A stretch of DNA of 31,991 nucleotides, taken from Octopus sinensis (taxonomy: Eukaryota). The position numbers were made by a program, and so were the translations under genes. Where the stretch lies: positions 1-31,991 of the forward strand of contig NW_021834066.1 of assembly GCF_006345805.1 (NCBI RefSeq), read 5' to 3'. Under the pieces are notes generated by a model, which made no database searches, was not told the origin of the DNA, and worked only from the letters and a program-made list of their open reading frames with translations. Positions 9,805-22,461 of this stretch are shown piece by piece (positions within the stretch are counted from its first letter, which is position 1; the number at the start of each line of letters is the position of its first letter).

Positions 9805-9833
9805 TATGTACACTAAATGCATGTGTGTGTCAG

Positions 9834-9982
9834 TAGCTGTGTGGTGTGAAGCATGCTTCTCAACAACATGGTTCCGGTTTCAGTCCTACTGCGTGATACC
9901 TTGGGTAAATGTCTTCTACTATAATCTTCGGCTGACAAAAGTCTTGTGAGAGAATTTGGAAGAGACTGAAAGAAGCCGGTCG
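9834..9982 (+). mobile_element. SINE family A, left part only
   Basis: GCTGTGTGG..CATGGTTCCGGTTTCAGTCC..ACTGAAAGAAGCC.GTCG followed by (TA)n. Confidence 0.8.
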
Positions 9983-10047
<65 letters not shown>

Positions 10048-10058
10048 GTGTGTTTGTG

Positions 10059-10110
<52 letters not shown>

Positions 10111-10741
10111 CAACACAACCATATATATATATGTATTTATATATATATATATAGAGAGAGGTAAACGTAGATAGGTAGGTATAAGTATAGATATGTACAT
10201 ACATAGGTAAATATACATATATGTGTACACACACATATGTGTATCATATACATCATGAGTCAAATGTCAATGTCTTATCATGGGCAAATGATTTTAAACA
10301 CCTAGCAAAGCAACAAGAGAAAAAGAAAGATGTTATGATGCCGTGGTTCTAAACCTATATTAAGAAAGCAATATGCTTTATCTATCGTAAAAGTATGAGT
10401 TGCCTAAATTTAGAGCGATTTCAAAAGCAAGACATGAAGTATTCAAATCATCTTATCAAAAGGTGCAAGCAACATTACTAATTCACAAAACGCTGTAGGG
10501 TCTCCCTAAAAATCTTATTGACAAGGGAAGTTAACATAAATAGCATGAAGACGTCTACAGAAACAAAGTCCTTGCATGCTTCTCAAAAAAACTGAACGAC
10601 AACCATTCCAAGAGAAAGGAACACGTTATGAATATTTCACAAGAATTTCAAATTTCAAAGGTAATTGGCCATGCGATTTCCTGTTTCTGTAAGTAAACTT
10701 TGCGACATTCTCAAAAGAGTTGTACGCAGATTATTTATTCC

Positions 10742-10840
10742 ATTGATGTAGATTATGGCTATACAAAATGTCTTTCAATTACTCATAAAAATATAGGAAA
10801 GCTTTTAGAATTTGTCCAATGGATGCTGAATAGTTGAATA
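10742..10840 (-). mobile_element. Possible internally deleted relic of the CR1/L2-group LINE
   Basis: Exact 19-nt match GATGCTGAATAGTTGAATA (10822-10840 and 22977-22995) preceded by AATTTGTCC in both places. Confidence 0.35.
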
Positions 10841-11549
10841 GTCAAAACTGGCTTAATGATATTTATTTATTTATTTTTGGTCAAATGAATCGCATTATTC
10901 TTTAGATGGGTTGGTTAATCGCCAAAATGGCATCAGTTCGGCTCTGGCAATGTTTCTATAGCACTTTTACCATTTTTATAAAAATAACTTGAGTACTTCA
11001 AGACTGGAAATCTAAGTTCATTCAAAGACGATAAAAAGGATATTTCAAATGGAGTATACAGAAACCCGCCATTATTTCGGCAAAGAAAGATGGCGTTTGG
11101 GAATCTTATTTTTCTTTTTCTGATTGGCAAAGGTTATTCATTAGTTTATTAAAGAAACAGTAACTTTCGGCGCACCCTGTGTACGTTTCCGTTTACATAC
11201 ATAGAGCACACACATACAGAAACACTCACACATATACACACATATATACACATACACATACGAACGCACACATATGTATATACTTATGCATGTTTGCATG
11301 TATACATACATACGTACGTACACACATACATATATACATACATACATAGAATACCAGAAAGGGGAAAGCTGATTCGAAGACTACAGATCCGATCAATCAC
11401 TGGAACTGTAAAGATGTGTAAAACTTTACAGTTTATCATTTAAGTATATGTGAGCATGCTTAGTTATGCAAGTATATACACGAGAAGGGATATATAAAAC
11501 AAAACATACAAAACTGCAGCTATACATACATGAAAATATACATACAAAG

Positions 11550-11665
11550 ATACCCTGTTGATGTTGCAATTCGAATGAAGGAGCCTTGAATCTCGGTTAG
11601 AAACTGGCTTGTTCTCTATTATCAAGAAATCTTGAAATAAAACTGAATAATGACATACATACATA
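11550..11665 (+). mobile_element. Unclassified repeat family E
   Basis: Matches 4430-4500 including CAAGAAATCTTGAAATAAA and CATA tail. Confidence 0.6.
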
Positions 11666-11699
11666 ATATATATATATATATAAATAGTAAATCCCAAAA

Positions 11700-11760
11700 A
11701 GAACAAACACAAAAAAACACAACGCGGGGACGTAGCAGACGCTCTTCTTCAGAAACAAAC
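11700..11760 (-). mobile_element. Penelope-type repeat with broken hammerhead core
   Basis: Minus strand CTGAAGA-A-GAGC-GTCT-GCT-ACGTC; relative to family P2 it lacks CGAA. Confidence 0.5.
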
Positions 11761-12134
11761 ATAACTCCAATAAAAGGGGTGACGGAGGAAGAAAATCGTC
11801 AACGACTCACATGTGGATTTATATATATATATATATAAATATATGTATATATGTATGTATACAGACGATTGAATTCGAAGTCGATAAGGCTATAAATAAC
11901 AGTTTGTAAATATTGTTTGAAAAAACTTTTTCGATCGAAAAAAATTGTTTATAGTAACTTCGAAGTTTCGATTTAATTACTATCATCGGACTGTGGTTTT
12001 GTTTTTTCAAGCGTTATATATATAGTTTTTATGCATTTCCTGGTGGGAGACACTTGGTAGGTGGAGCGATGTATATGCAAAGGTGGTATACTTTCTTTCT
12101 CACATTTTAATCGAAAGAATGGCCCTAATGCTTA

Positions 12135-12250
12135 CTTTTTGAGCCTAGTACATATACTATCGGTCTATTTGCCGAACCGTCAGGTTGCGGAAACGTAAAC
12201 ACACCAACACCGGTTCTGAAGCAGTGGTGAAGGACAAACACAAACACAAA
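12135..12250 (-). mobile_element. SINE family A, partial right part
   Basis: CTATCGGTCT..TGCCGAACCG...CGTAAACACACCAACACCGGTT. Confidence 0.75.
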
Positions 12251-12337
12251 GATAAACACGCACGCACACAATCACACACACACAAACACGCACACACACA
12301 CACATATATATACAGTTCTATATTTAAGAGATGAGGA

Positions 12338-12397
12338 ATTATTTACATTATTTACGTTTGACGGATATTTGTCCTCAATATTAATAATAATAACAGC

Positions 12398-12449
<52 letters not shown>

Positions 12450-12591
12450 GCATCGACAAATACCTTAGGAATCAGAACCTACGTTCGAAAGTTTCCCAAC
12501 ACACCTGATGAAGGGTGAAGGGTTTATCAGCCGAAACAACAACAAACAAGATAAAGAGAAATTTCCGTCAAATGTAAATAATGTAAATAAT
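12338..12591. mobile_element. Penelope-type repeat family P3, partial inverted pair around (AAT)n
   Basis: 12338-12377 is the reverse complement of 12550-12591; CTGATGA 12505-12511 and CCGAAAC 12531-12537 on +. Confidence 0.65.
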
Positions 12592-12619
12592 GTATATATA
12601 TATATATATAACTGCAGGA

Positions 12620-12740
12620 GTGTGTATGTGGTAAGTAGCTTGCTTACTAACCACATGGTTCCAGTGTCTTCTACTATAGCCTCGGCGGACCAAAGCCTTG
12701 TGAGTGGATTTTGTTGACGGAAACTGAAAGAAGCCTGTCG
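12620..12740 (+). mobile_element. SINE family A, left part with internal deletion
   Basis: TGTGGTAAGTAGCTTGCTTACTAACCACATGGTTCC..GACGGAAACTGAAAGAAGCCTGTCG then (TA)n. Confidence 0.85.
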
Positions 12741-13259
12741 TATATATATACTTTCTTCCATTCTTTTACAATTTTATTAATAATAAAATATGTTACTCTA
12801 CCTCCGATAATTGAGTACTATTTTTCCTACCTCGTTTCAAATGTATGCGCTTACTCTGGTGTACATATATATATACACACACCCATCAATGTATGAATCG
12901 TTTGGTGATGTGGTGTTGTGGATACATACATGGGTGTAACAATGCATTCATCATTCATAGCATTGGATGAAAAGATAGACTTTACAGAGCCAAAGTGAAT
13001 ATATACGCAACTACTGTACTTGATTTGATGGCGTCTTTATTAAACTTCTTGTCGGAAATGTATAAAAATAGCCTGAAATTATGGATATCGATGTAAGCAG
13101 AGAAGCAAAGGTATTTTGTGCATAGAAATTCTGAATAAAGACTTAAGTTGAATTTTTGTATGTAAAAATCAATAGAATTAAGAAAATAGGAACCGTCAGC
13201 ACCTGTGTCATCATATTACTGAAGTGGAAAATATAGCTGTGGAAGTTGATAGGCATGAA

Positions 13260-13735
13260 AGTGAGGAGGCGGAGGAGGAGGAGGATGGGAGGAAAAGAGG
13301 CAAAGGCGGAGTAGGAGGGGAGGGGGAGAAAACAGGTGAAGAATGTGAGGATAATGATGATGAAGAGGAGGGGGAGAAGGAAAAGGAAGAGGAGGAAAAA
13401 GAGGAGGAGGCGAAGGAGTAGGAAAAGAAGGAGGAAGAGGAGGAGAAAAAGAAGAAGGAGAAAAAGGAGAAAAAACAAGAAAAATCAAGAAGCGAAGAAG
13501 AAGAATAGAGAATCAAGAAGAAGAAGAAGAAGAAGAAGAAGAAGAAGAAGAAGAAGAAGAAGACGAAGAAGAAGACGAAGAAGAAAAAGAAGAAGAAGAA
13601 GAAGAAGACGAAGAAGAAAAAGAAGAAGAAGAAAAAGAAGAAGACGAGGAAGAAAAAGAAGAAGAAGAAGAAAAAGAAACAGAAGAAAAGAAAGAAGAAG
13701 AAGAAGAAGAAGAAGAAGAAGAAGAAGAAGAAGAA
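13260..13735. repeat. Polypurine tract, (GAG)n grading into (AAG)n
   Basis: Almost pure A/G on +; source of the poly-R/E/K and poly-S/F/L ORFs. Confidence 0.95.
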
Positions 13736-14279
13736 TCGAATTAAATATAATGACTTTGGGCTATGTAGTGCATTTCTTTCGGAAGAGATACATTGATCTG
13801 TGTTAAACTTTCCACGACAACTTGGAGCAAGATGTCTGATTAGCTTGTGTTGAAGTAAGAGTTTATCAAAGCAGAAGAGAACGATAGAGAGTGGTGGTGT
13901 GTGCAGTGGAATAACAACAGTGGCTCAGTGTAACTTATTGAAAACAGGGTAACGAATCAGAGAACATTGATGTTGAAAGAAGCAATGGAAGGAGGAAAGA
14001 CGGAAGAAAATAAAGGAAAAACGGAAGAAAAAAATATATAAAGAGAAGACATTGAATTATAAGAAATAGATGAAAGAATAGAGAATAATTGGACAAAAGA
14101 ATATAAAGTCGATTGAAATGAGATATGGGTGTGGTTTGGAGACAATGGAGAATCATGGGAAATCTTGAAGAAATGGCAGTCTTGAAATTCGACAGTGAAA
14201 CCTCGAAACCTTGGAACCTTGATCTGTGCGGAACAAGGAAAAGCATTCCGAGCATCAAATAATGTCAGCTTTTAAATAG

Positions 14280-14319
<40 letters not shown>

Positions 14320-14537
14320 TGTATGTGTGAGTACGTATACAGATTACATAGAGAATCACATACTATCACCCACACGTCAGCAAACATGCACACGAACACA
14401 TACATAAAAACATGAACATTCTCTCACACACACACACACACACACACAAACTCACGTACTCATGTGTACTCAAACATGTATATACATACATACATACAAA
14501 CATACATTCATATATGTGTGTGCGCGTGTGTTTGTGC

Positions 14538-14588
<51 letters not shown>

Positions 14589-14802
14589 TATACATATATA
14601 TATATACATATATACATATGTATGTGTATATATATATACATATATACATATATATCCAAATAAACGTATATCTATCTATCTATCTATCTATCTCTCTCTC
14701 TCTCTCTCTCTCGTCTATATATATATATATATATATTATATATAGACATATACACAAATAGATATATGAATGTATATACGCATATATATATATATATATG
14801 TG

Positions 14803-14835
<33 letters not shown>

Positions 14836-15152
14836 CCGTATATTTGTATATGTATAAGTGTATGTACGGTGATGTATGTGAAATGATTTTGTATATTATG
14901 AGTGGATGCCAGAAGCGTAGAGAGAATAAAGATGAAAATAAAATAAAATGAAATAAACTAAAATAAAATGAAAAGCCGAATGGTATTATTGGTCGAGTCG
15001 TTCATTTAAAGATGAATAGACTCCACCAATTGGATGAAAGAACAAAACCCAGAAATGATATTGGGAATAAGAACGTAAATCTCGCGGGATTTGAACATCC
15101 AAAGCGATTATGTAGCGGAACACAAATATACTGACATTATAGGGATAAATAA

Positions 15153-15183
<31 letters not shown>

Positions 15184-15402
15184 AATGCTTGGCTATAGAC
15201 ATAGCTATCCCAGAAAACAACAGAGTGGAACAGAAAGAAGGCGAAAAATTGCGAAACAGAAAAATAACAAAGAAAAACTAACAATGATAAAATAAGATAT
15301 ATTGAATTGAAAAAAAAAAAAGAGAGAAAAGGACAGGGGGGAAGAAAGGTATCTGGTCATTGAAAAAAAAACAAAAAACAAAAGGGGGGGGGGGAGAAAA
15401 AT

Positions 15403-15540
15403 TACGAAATCGTTCCAGCGATAATTGGTGCAGTATGAGTGCTTAGCAAACATTTGAAGGTATTTAGAAAAACGTCTATAAGTCGAAATGTATTTGGAAC
15501 ACGTCCAAAATAAGGTTTTGCTTGGAATGGCGAGAATATT
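15403..15540 (+). mobile_element. R4/Dong-like non-LTR retrotransposon, C-terminal relic
   Basis: YEIVPAIIGAV*VLSKHL...[frameshift]EHVQNKVLLGMARI parallels VIPIIVGALG...EHLLKTALLGTTRI at 27830-28024. Confidence 0.6.
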
Positions 15541-15917
15541 GGGGGTGGGGGTGGGGGTGGAAATGAAAAAAAAAATGCGAGGAAACAACAAAATATATAC
15601 ATATATAAAAAAATGAAGTATTAGCCAATGACATTTTAGGTCAGTGGTTGCGATCAGTTTTAAAGCAAAACTAACCAATGGAATTACTTGATTCGTGAGT
15701 AAAATAATATATTCCTCTTTTGGCACGTGTTCACGAAATCTGATTAATGGATTAGTGGATTATATTGATCTCAGTAGATTAATGGTTCTGCTGTCTTATT
15801 GACCCCCGAAATGAAAGAAAAAATAAACCGAAGGTAAAGATAACTTCGCTGGGACTTGAACTCAGAATGGCGTGATTTAATACTGCCAATTATTTAGTCA
15901 GTCACGCTACATACCTG

Positions 15918-16147
15918 TTTCTTTATTACCCACAAGGGGCTAAACATAGAGGGGACAAACATAGACATACATAGGTATTAAGTCGATTACATCGACCCCA
16001 GTGCATAACTGCTACTTAATTTATCGACCCCGAAAGGATGAAAGGCAAAGTCGACCTCGGCGGAATTTGAACTCACATCGTAACGGCAGCCGAAATACCG
16101 CTAAGCATTTCGCCCGACGTGCTAACGATTCTGCCAGCTCGCCGCCT
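15918..16147 (-). mobile_element. SINE family B, full-length
   Basis: Reverse complement of 17481-17715 at high identity. Confidence 0.9.
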
Positions 16148-16292
16148 GTACCAACTTCGAAAATATCGAATTTTAAAGCAGGCATCAATATATTTCTTTG
16201 TTCTACTAGAAATGGCAGCACAATCGCCTTCAAACCTGACCCTGGTATCCTTAAAATAGCTGAATTAACCCCAGGTTAATCTCGTTTAATCC

Positions 16293-16562
16293 GATCTATG
16301 ACAACAGATGTTCCAGGTGAGCCCATCGCAAATCTATACTGGTATGTAGCCACTACAGATCGCAGATCATAGCGTTCCAAATACACCATCCTGTATTTCG
16401 ACGGTCGTACAAACTACTGAACTATGGTCACAGGAATTCCATCTTTGACCCTCCTGTAGTTTTACAGATCTATGATCGCAAGCTTTCCAAATGTGACCCT
16501 CCAGTATTTTAGCAGCTATGTATGACAGCTGCAACACCTGTGGTCATCGATCTGTAGTTTTA
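16293..16562 (+). repeat. Degenerate tandem array of 45-65 nt units
   Basis: Motif GATCTATGA...TTCCA...TGACC.TCC.GTA.TTT; TTCCA at 16311, 16375, 16437, 16484. Confidence 0.6.
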
Positions 16563-16704
16563 CAAGGACCACAAATCTAAGGTTGTATGTGTTCCATCTG
16601 TGCCGTCGCATATTCTTACTGTTATATAGGAATCCATTATTTAAAGAATCGTTTCCTTATTGAAGCCAACACAACACACACACACACACACACATATTCT
16701 TCTA

Positions 16705-16912
16705 TTCTTTTATTTGTTTCAGTCATTTGACTGCGGCAATGCTGGAGCGCCGCCTTTTATTCGAACAAATCGACACTAAGACTTATTCTCTGTGAACCTA
16801 GTACTTAGTCTATCATCGATCCCTTCTGCCGAACCGCTAGTTTACGGGAACGTAAACACACCAACATCGATTGTCAAGTGATGGGGTGGGGGGGCAAAAA
16901 CAGACACAAGCA
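16705..16912 (-). mobile_element. SINE family A, 3' half
   Basis: TTTCAGTCATTTGACTGCGGC..GCCGAACCGCTAG..CGTAAACACACC. Confidence 0.85.
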
Positions 16913-17032
16913 TATACATATGTATATATACATATATATACATACACAAGTACATACATACATACACACATGTATGTATATGTATATACCTACTTATATG
17001 TATATATACACACATATATATATGTATATATA

Positions 17033-17084
<52 letters not shown>

Positions 17085-17142
17085 TACATACGTTTTTATA
17101 GGAATATAGGAATATATATAATAAGCATATATACATATGTAT

Positions 17143-17438
17143 GAAGGCGCGTTGCTTAATGCTTAGAGCATTCGGCTCCCGATCTTAAGGTCGTGAGTTC
17201 AATTTCCGGCAACGCGTTGTGTCATTGAGCTAGACACTTTATTTCATGTTGCACCAGTCCACTCAGCTGGCTAAAATGAGTAGTACCTGTATTTCAAAGG
17301 GCCAGCCTTGTCACACTCTGTGTCACGCTGAATCTCCCCGAGATACATGTGTTTGTGGAGTGCTCAGCCAATTTCACGAGCAAGCTGTTCCGTTGATCGC
17401 ACCAGCTGGGACCCTCGTCGTCGTAACCGACGGAGTGC
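17143..17438 (+). mobile_element. tRNA-derived SINE, family C tail with CORE-like centre
   Basis: GTGAGTTCAATT B-box-like motif; GTGTCATTGAGCTAGACACTTTA...CCACTCAGCTG..AAATGAGTA; tail shared with 2946-3299. Confidence 0.8.
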
Positions 17439-17480
17439 TCTTTATACATATGTACGTCTATATTTGTATGTGTATGATTA

Positions 17481-17715
17481 AGGCGGCGAGCTGGCAGAAA
17501 CGTTAGCACGCTGGGCGAAATGCGTAGCCGTATTTCGTCTGCCGTTACGTTCTGAGTTCAAATTCCGCCGAGGTCGACTTTGCAGAAGTTTTCATCCTTT
17601 CGGGGTCGATTAAATAAGTACCAGTTACGCACTGGGGTCGATGTAATCGACTTAATTCGTTTGTGTGTCCTTGTTTGTCCCCTCTGTGTGTAGCCCCTTG
17701 TGGGTAATAAAGAAA
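17481..17715 (+). mobile_element. SINE family B, full-length
   Basis: AGGCGGCGAGCTGGCAGAAACGTTAG head, GAGTTCAAATTCC B-box, GGGGTCGATGTAATCGACT hairpin, tail CCCCTTGTGGGTAATAAAGAAA. Confidence 0.9.
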
Positions 17716-17959
17716 CATATATTTGTATGTGTACACACAAATAAAAAGCTATGGTCAAATTTTCTAGGCCGTGGGTTTGGTTTGTGGTAATGACTGGTTG
17801 AGATGATGAATGAAAGTATTTTTCTTGGGTTGCGTGAAGAAGTAACTGAACATCATCCGCGAACAGTTAACAGAAGATTTTATTATCGCACACAAAGACA
17901 AACTGCGTTAGCCTTTTACAGGTTGCAGCAGCAATAATTATATACCGGGGGAGAGATTC

Positions 17960-18330
17960 TGCTTGGAGTTACGGCAAGCTATTTATGCGGCATCCTACAG
18001 CTTGCCCACCATAACTGGAAAAAACCGTGCAGTATTCGTGTCGACGGAAGATCCTGCCATCTGTATATGTCATCTGTCTTAGCCACCTTCTTGGGTCGCC
18101 TGGCAGGTAAAAATGCGCGCTAAACATGTTTTATAAGGAGACAGGAAATCAAATTCTAGAATATTCGAGAAAACCTGTCCACACCATCTCTTCATGCTGA
18201 TTCTTCATTAAAAGACCGATCACGTGAAACTCTGGTGGTTTGCCCGTGATGTATGACCTCGTATCTATGGATTTGGTTACGAATCATCACTGCAATGGTC
18301 CTGATACAACTGTACAACTTCTTCAAACTT
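17960..18330 (+). mobile_element. Possible highly degraded Gypsy-type integrase relic
   Basis: Multi-frame fragments ILEY..KTCPH and GLPV..VSMDLVT resemble the zinc-binding region and start of the core of LTR integrases; many stops and frameshifts. Confidence 0.3.
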
Positions 18331-18859
18331 ATATAAACAACCTACAAACCTGGTTTGAAAACGACATACTTACAATCGCACCTGTGTGAAATCCACCATT
18401 TCTCTCCCTCCATCTCTCTTTCTTCCCCTCTCTCCCACTTTCCTTCTTTTTCTTCCCTCCATCTTTCTACTTCTCTCTCACTCTTTCTTTCTTACCACCT
18501 CTTTCTCTTTCCTGGCAATAAGATCAGAGAGAATTAATTACAACCAAACAGAGAACTGAACAACATAAACACACTACGCCACTCGTAGATCCAGACAACA
18601 TTTACAGATGACGAAAAATAACAAGACATACGTAGCACACAACATCAACAGCATTCACAGCACATGTGGTAGACATAGAAAACAAAAACAAACAACATGA
18701 AAGACTATCTTACATGTAGGATATACTGTTGGTTATTGCTCTCTCTCTCTCTCTTTCCCTCCCTCTCTCTCCTTTCTGTCTCTCTCTCTCTCTGCACACT
18801 GAATCTAAAACAAACAGGTCCGCCTATTTACAATCTTAACGTTTCATACTATTAATGTC

Positions 18860-18895
18860 ACCGCTACTACTACTACTACTACTACCACTACCACT

Positions 18896-18963
<68 letters not shown>

Positions 18964-18973
18964 CACTACCACT

Positions 18974-19058
<85 letters not shown>

Positions 19059-19505
19059 TTGCTACTACTATTACTACCGCTGCTGCTGCTGCTACTATTG
19101 CTACTAATACTGTCACCACCACCAAACGCCATCACCATCACCGACATAACAACCACCACCATTGGCACCACCACCACCACCACCACCATCACCACCATCA
19201 CCACTACTACCGCCACTACATCACCACAACCGCCACTACCACCAACACCACTACCACCATTACCACCACCGCAACCTCCACCACAACTACTACTACTAAC
19301 ACTACCACCAACACCAGCACCAGCTACACCACTGACACAACCAGCACCAACAGCACCACCGCCGCCGCCACAATCCACACTACCACCACCACCACAACAA
19401 CAACAACTACAACTACTACTACTACTACTACCAATACTATCAGCACCAACAACGACACTACTTCTACTACTACCACGACGACTACCACCGCCACCACCTC
19501 CACTA
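18860..19505. repeat. In-phase trinucleotide mosaic (CTA/CCA/CTG/CAA/CCG)
   Basis: About 640 bp of C-N-N triplet runs; explains the 237-283 aa low-complexity ORFs. Confidence 0.95.
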
Positions 19506-19872
19506 TCAGTCGGGGTGGAAATGAGCAGAAATTCTAAGCCCCGTACCAATAACGAAAAGAATCGTAAATTGAAAAGCCAGACATACTCATATCGTCACGA
19601 TTTCAAACTTTGCGAAAATTTCAGTTCTTCTCAGCGAGACTTACTGACCCAAGGGCCATACACATTGCCCATCTCAAGAACGTGTACAATGAATGTGTAT
19701 CAGTGAAAATTCGTGGTTGTAGTCGTCTTCTGACTGAGTATTTTTAGCGTGTTGGTGCTAATTGCAGCATCCACAATTATTAATTAAAAATTTTTTTTTG
19801 CCTTTATGGTATTACTTTTGTGGGAATTTTTAATGCATACTATGCCATTTAATATTAATTGCAAACCGTAAT

Positions 19873-20257
19873 AGTCTTTTCTTTTATTTGTTTCAGTCAT
19901 TTGATTGCGACATGCTGGAACACTAGCCTTTAATCGAACAAATCGACACCAGGAGTTATTCTTTGTAAGCCTAGTACTTATTCTATCACTCTGTTTTCCC
20001 GAACCGCTAAGTTTATGGGATGTAAACGCACCAACATCTGTTGTCAAGTGATGGTGCGGGAGACTAAAACAGACACACAAACACACACACACACAGACAT
20101 ACGACGGGCCTCTTTCAGTTTCCGTCTACCAAATCCACTCACAAGGCCTTGGTCGGCCCGAGGCTGCAGTGGAAGACAATTGTCCAAGGTGCCAGTCAGT
20201 GAAACTGAACCCGGAACCATGTGGTTAGTAAGCAAGCTACTTATAACACCACCACTC
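19873..20257 (-). mobile_element. SINE family A, full-length with short (CA)n centre
   Basis: Colinear with 1620-2040. Confidence 0.9.
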
Positions 20258-20310
20258 CTATAAAGAGATGGATGATAGATAGATGGATAGATAGATATAG
20301 GTAGATAGAT

Positions 20311-20373
<63 letters not shown>

Positions 20374-20538
20374 TAGATAAATAGATAGATAGATATAAGG
20401 GAGGGAGACAGAGAGAAGAGAGATCTATAACAGAATGCAATGCGGTGTTCTGATGGTCTATTGAATGCAAATCCACATGGAACATCCGATGCTGAGTTCC
20501 AAATAACTGCAGATGCGAAACGTATGTAAGAATTTATC

Positions 20539-21080
20539 TTAAATTGGATCTTTTCTATTCTGAAGCCAGTTTTTTCAAATTTTTCCTACTGAACCAAACA
20601 ATTTGAAACTTCGTATACTGGTAGAATGTGTCAAAAGTAAACTTAATTGTAAACCAGAATGAAAACGGAATTGTAACTTCTAAGTTTAACGTTGTTTAAT
20701 AATTAGAATTTTAACCAATGATATTCCGTCATTCGGCTTTATTTTATTTACTCCGTCTCGACCACCAATTTCGTGACGTATTAAAACATCTTAAATGTAA
20801 ACAAAGCGCTTTCGTTTGCTATTAAGAAGTGGCATCTCCGCCGAGGTCGATTTTGGCTTTCATCACACACACACACGCTCACACACGCATATATATAATT
20901 ATACATACATTACACGCACGCACACACACACACATATATATATATATATGTGTATATATATATATCATCAGTTTAATTATATAAGGCTCACACATTTTAG
21001 ATATTTAATACATCCGCACGAATATGTGTGTTTATTTATTTCATAAATATTTACATACATATATGAACATACATATATAC

Positions 21081-21132
<52 letters not shown>

Positions 21133-21504
21133 GAAAAGGACAGACAGACAGAAAAAAAAGGAGGACGTTCTATTTCAATGAGTTCAAGCAAGATAAATGT
21201 ATATAGTAAGAGAGGGGGAGGCAGACAGAATTACAAAGAGAGAGCAGACTACGTCAAAACTGCTTTCACGTCACACTAACAGATTCGCAGTAGTACGTTT
21301 ACATATGAAAAACAAGCAATCTCATTGGTTAAAATTCGCAGTTTTAATCTACGATTAAAGTCATAAAATAGATTTTTCTCAAATAAACTAGTTCCAACTG
21401 GCGAATAAACTAGTTCCACTCTCTATGAGTACACGAAGTTTCAAATTATTTAGTTAACTAGAAAGATCTGGGGTCCTGGCCACGATATTGAACAGATCCC
21501 TTAA
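20539..21504. mobile_element. Non-autonomous DNA transposon with long degenerate TIRs, TTAA at both ends
   Basis: Perfect inverted blocks 20600-20614/21433-21447 (15 bp) and 20706-20721/21322-21337 (16 bp) at matching spacing; GGATCT/AGATCC near ends; TTAA at 20539 and 21501; interior holds microsatellites and a family B fragment (about 20826-20866). Confidence 0.55.
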
Positions 21505-21593
21505 ATTTCCTTTAAATATATACATATATACATTACATACATGTACTTATATATGTGTTTGTGTGCATGTGTGTATATAAATGTATGAAAAGG

Positions 21594-21668
<75 letters not shown>

Positions 21669-21724
21669 GTATATATGTATGTATATATATTATATATATG
21701 TATGTATATATGTATATATATCTA

Positions 21725-21758
<34 letters not shown>

Positions 21759-21765
21759 CACTATC

Positions 21766-21831
<66 letters not shown>

Positions 21832-22372
21832 GCGTGTGTGTTTGTATGTAGACGTGTAGCATTGTTCGAGCGAAAATGATGAATGCTTACCCAGCAGAGT
21901 AGATAATATTCACATCAAGTAACTAAAGACAGCAAAATCTAAGCTCGATAAATGATAAAACATTTCTCTATTCTTCACCCACCTCTCAAAAGGAAAGACC
22001 AGGCTGCTGTAAACTAGACACGCAAGACTGCTTTTGATCCCTCCATGTATTTCTTAATGGAAACACGACAGTCATCAATCTGTGATGCCTCATTTAGACT
22101 CTAACACCTGTGCAGGCTTTTAGGCAGTAGCACAGAAGCACCGGATGTCGAACTTACATATATCTCAAAGATGGCGTTTATAATTTAGACGTTTTATTTT
22201 CTCTTAACAGTTATCATCTATCATATGACGTGCTCACAAGCAAATATCTGATGTATTTCTGTTTAGTTTTGTAGTCTTGTTTAATTGTATTGTTTCTAGA
22301 AACACTCAAGAAACGTGAGGTGGTAGATTAAAACACATTTATCGAAACATACACGTAGTATCGTATGGATGC

Positions 22373-22422
<50 letters not shown>

Positions 22423-22461
22423 ATATATATATATATATATAATATATATATATAATTTATA

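Noticed and set aside
10260-10700. Faint CR1-like peptide fragments (KDVMMP.., LERFQK)
   Set aside because: Too short and stop-ridden to distinguish from chance by eye.
16293-16562. CRISPR-like repeat-spacer appearance
   Set aside because: Units are highly divergent with irregular spacing, there are no cas genes and the context is eukaryotic.
18836-19706. Longest ORFs in the track (237 and 283 aa), and similar ORFs at 13143-13806 and 23849-24373
   Set aside because: Translations of trinucleotide repeats; no domain content or splice context.
22190-22325. Two acceptor-like sites (22209-22210 and about 22299) with a possible microexon
   Set aside because: No consistent donor or recognisable peptide.
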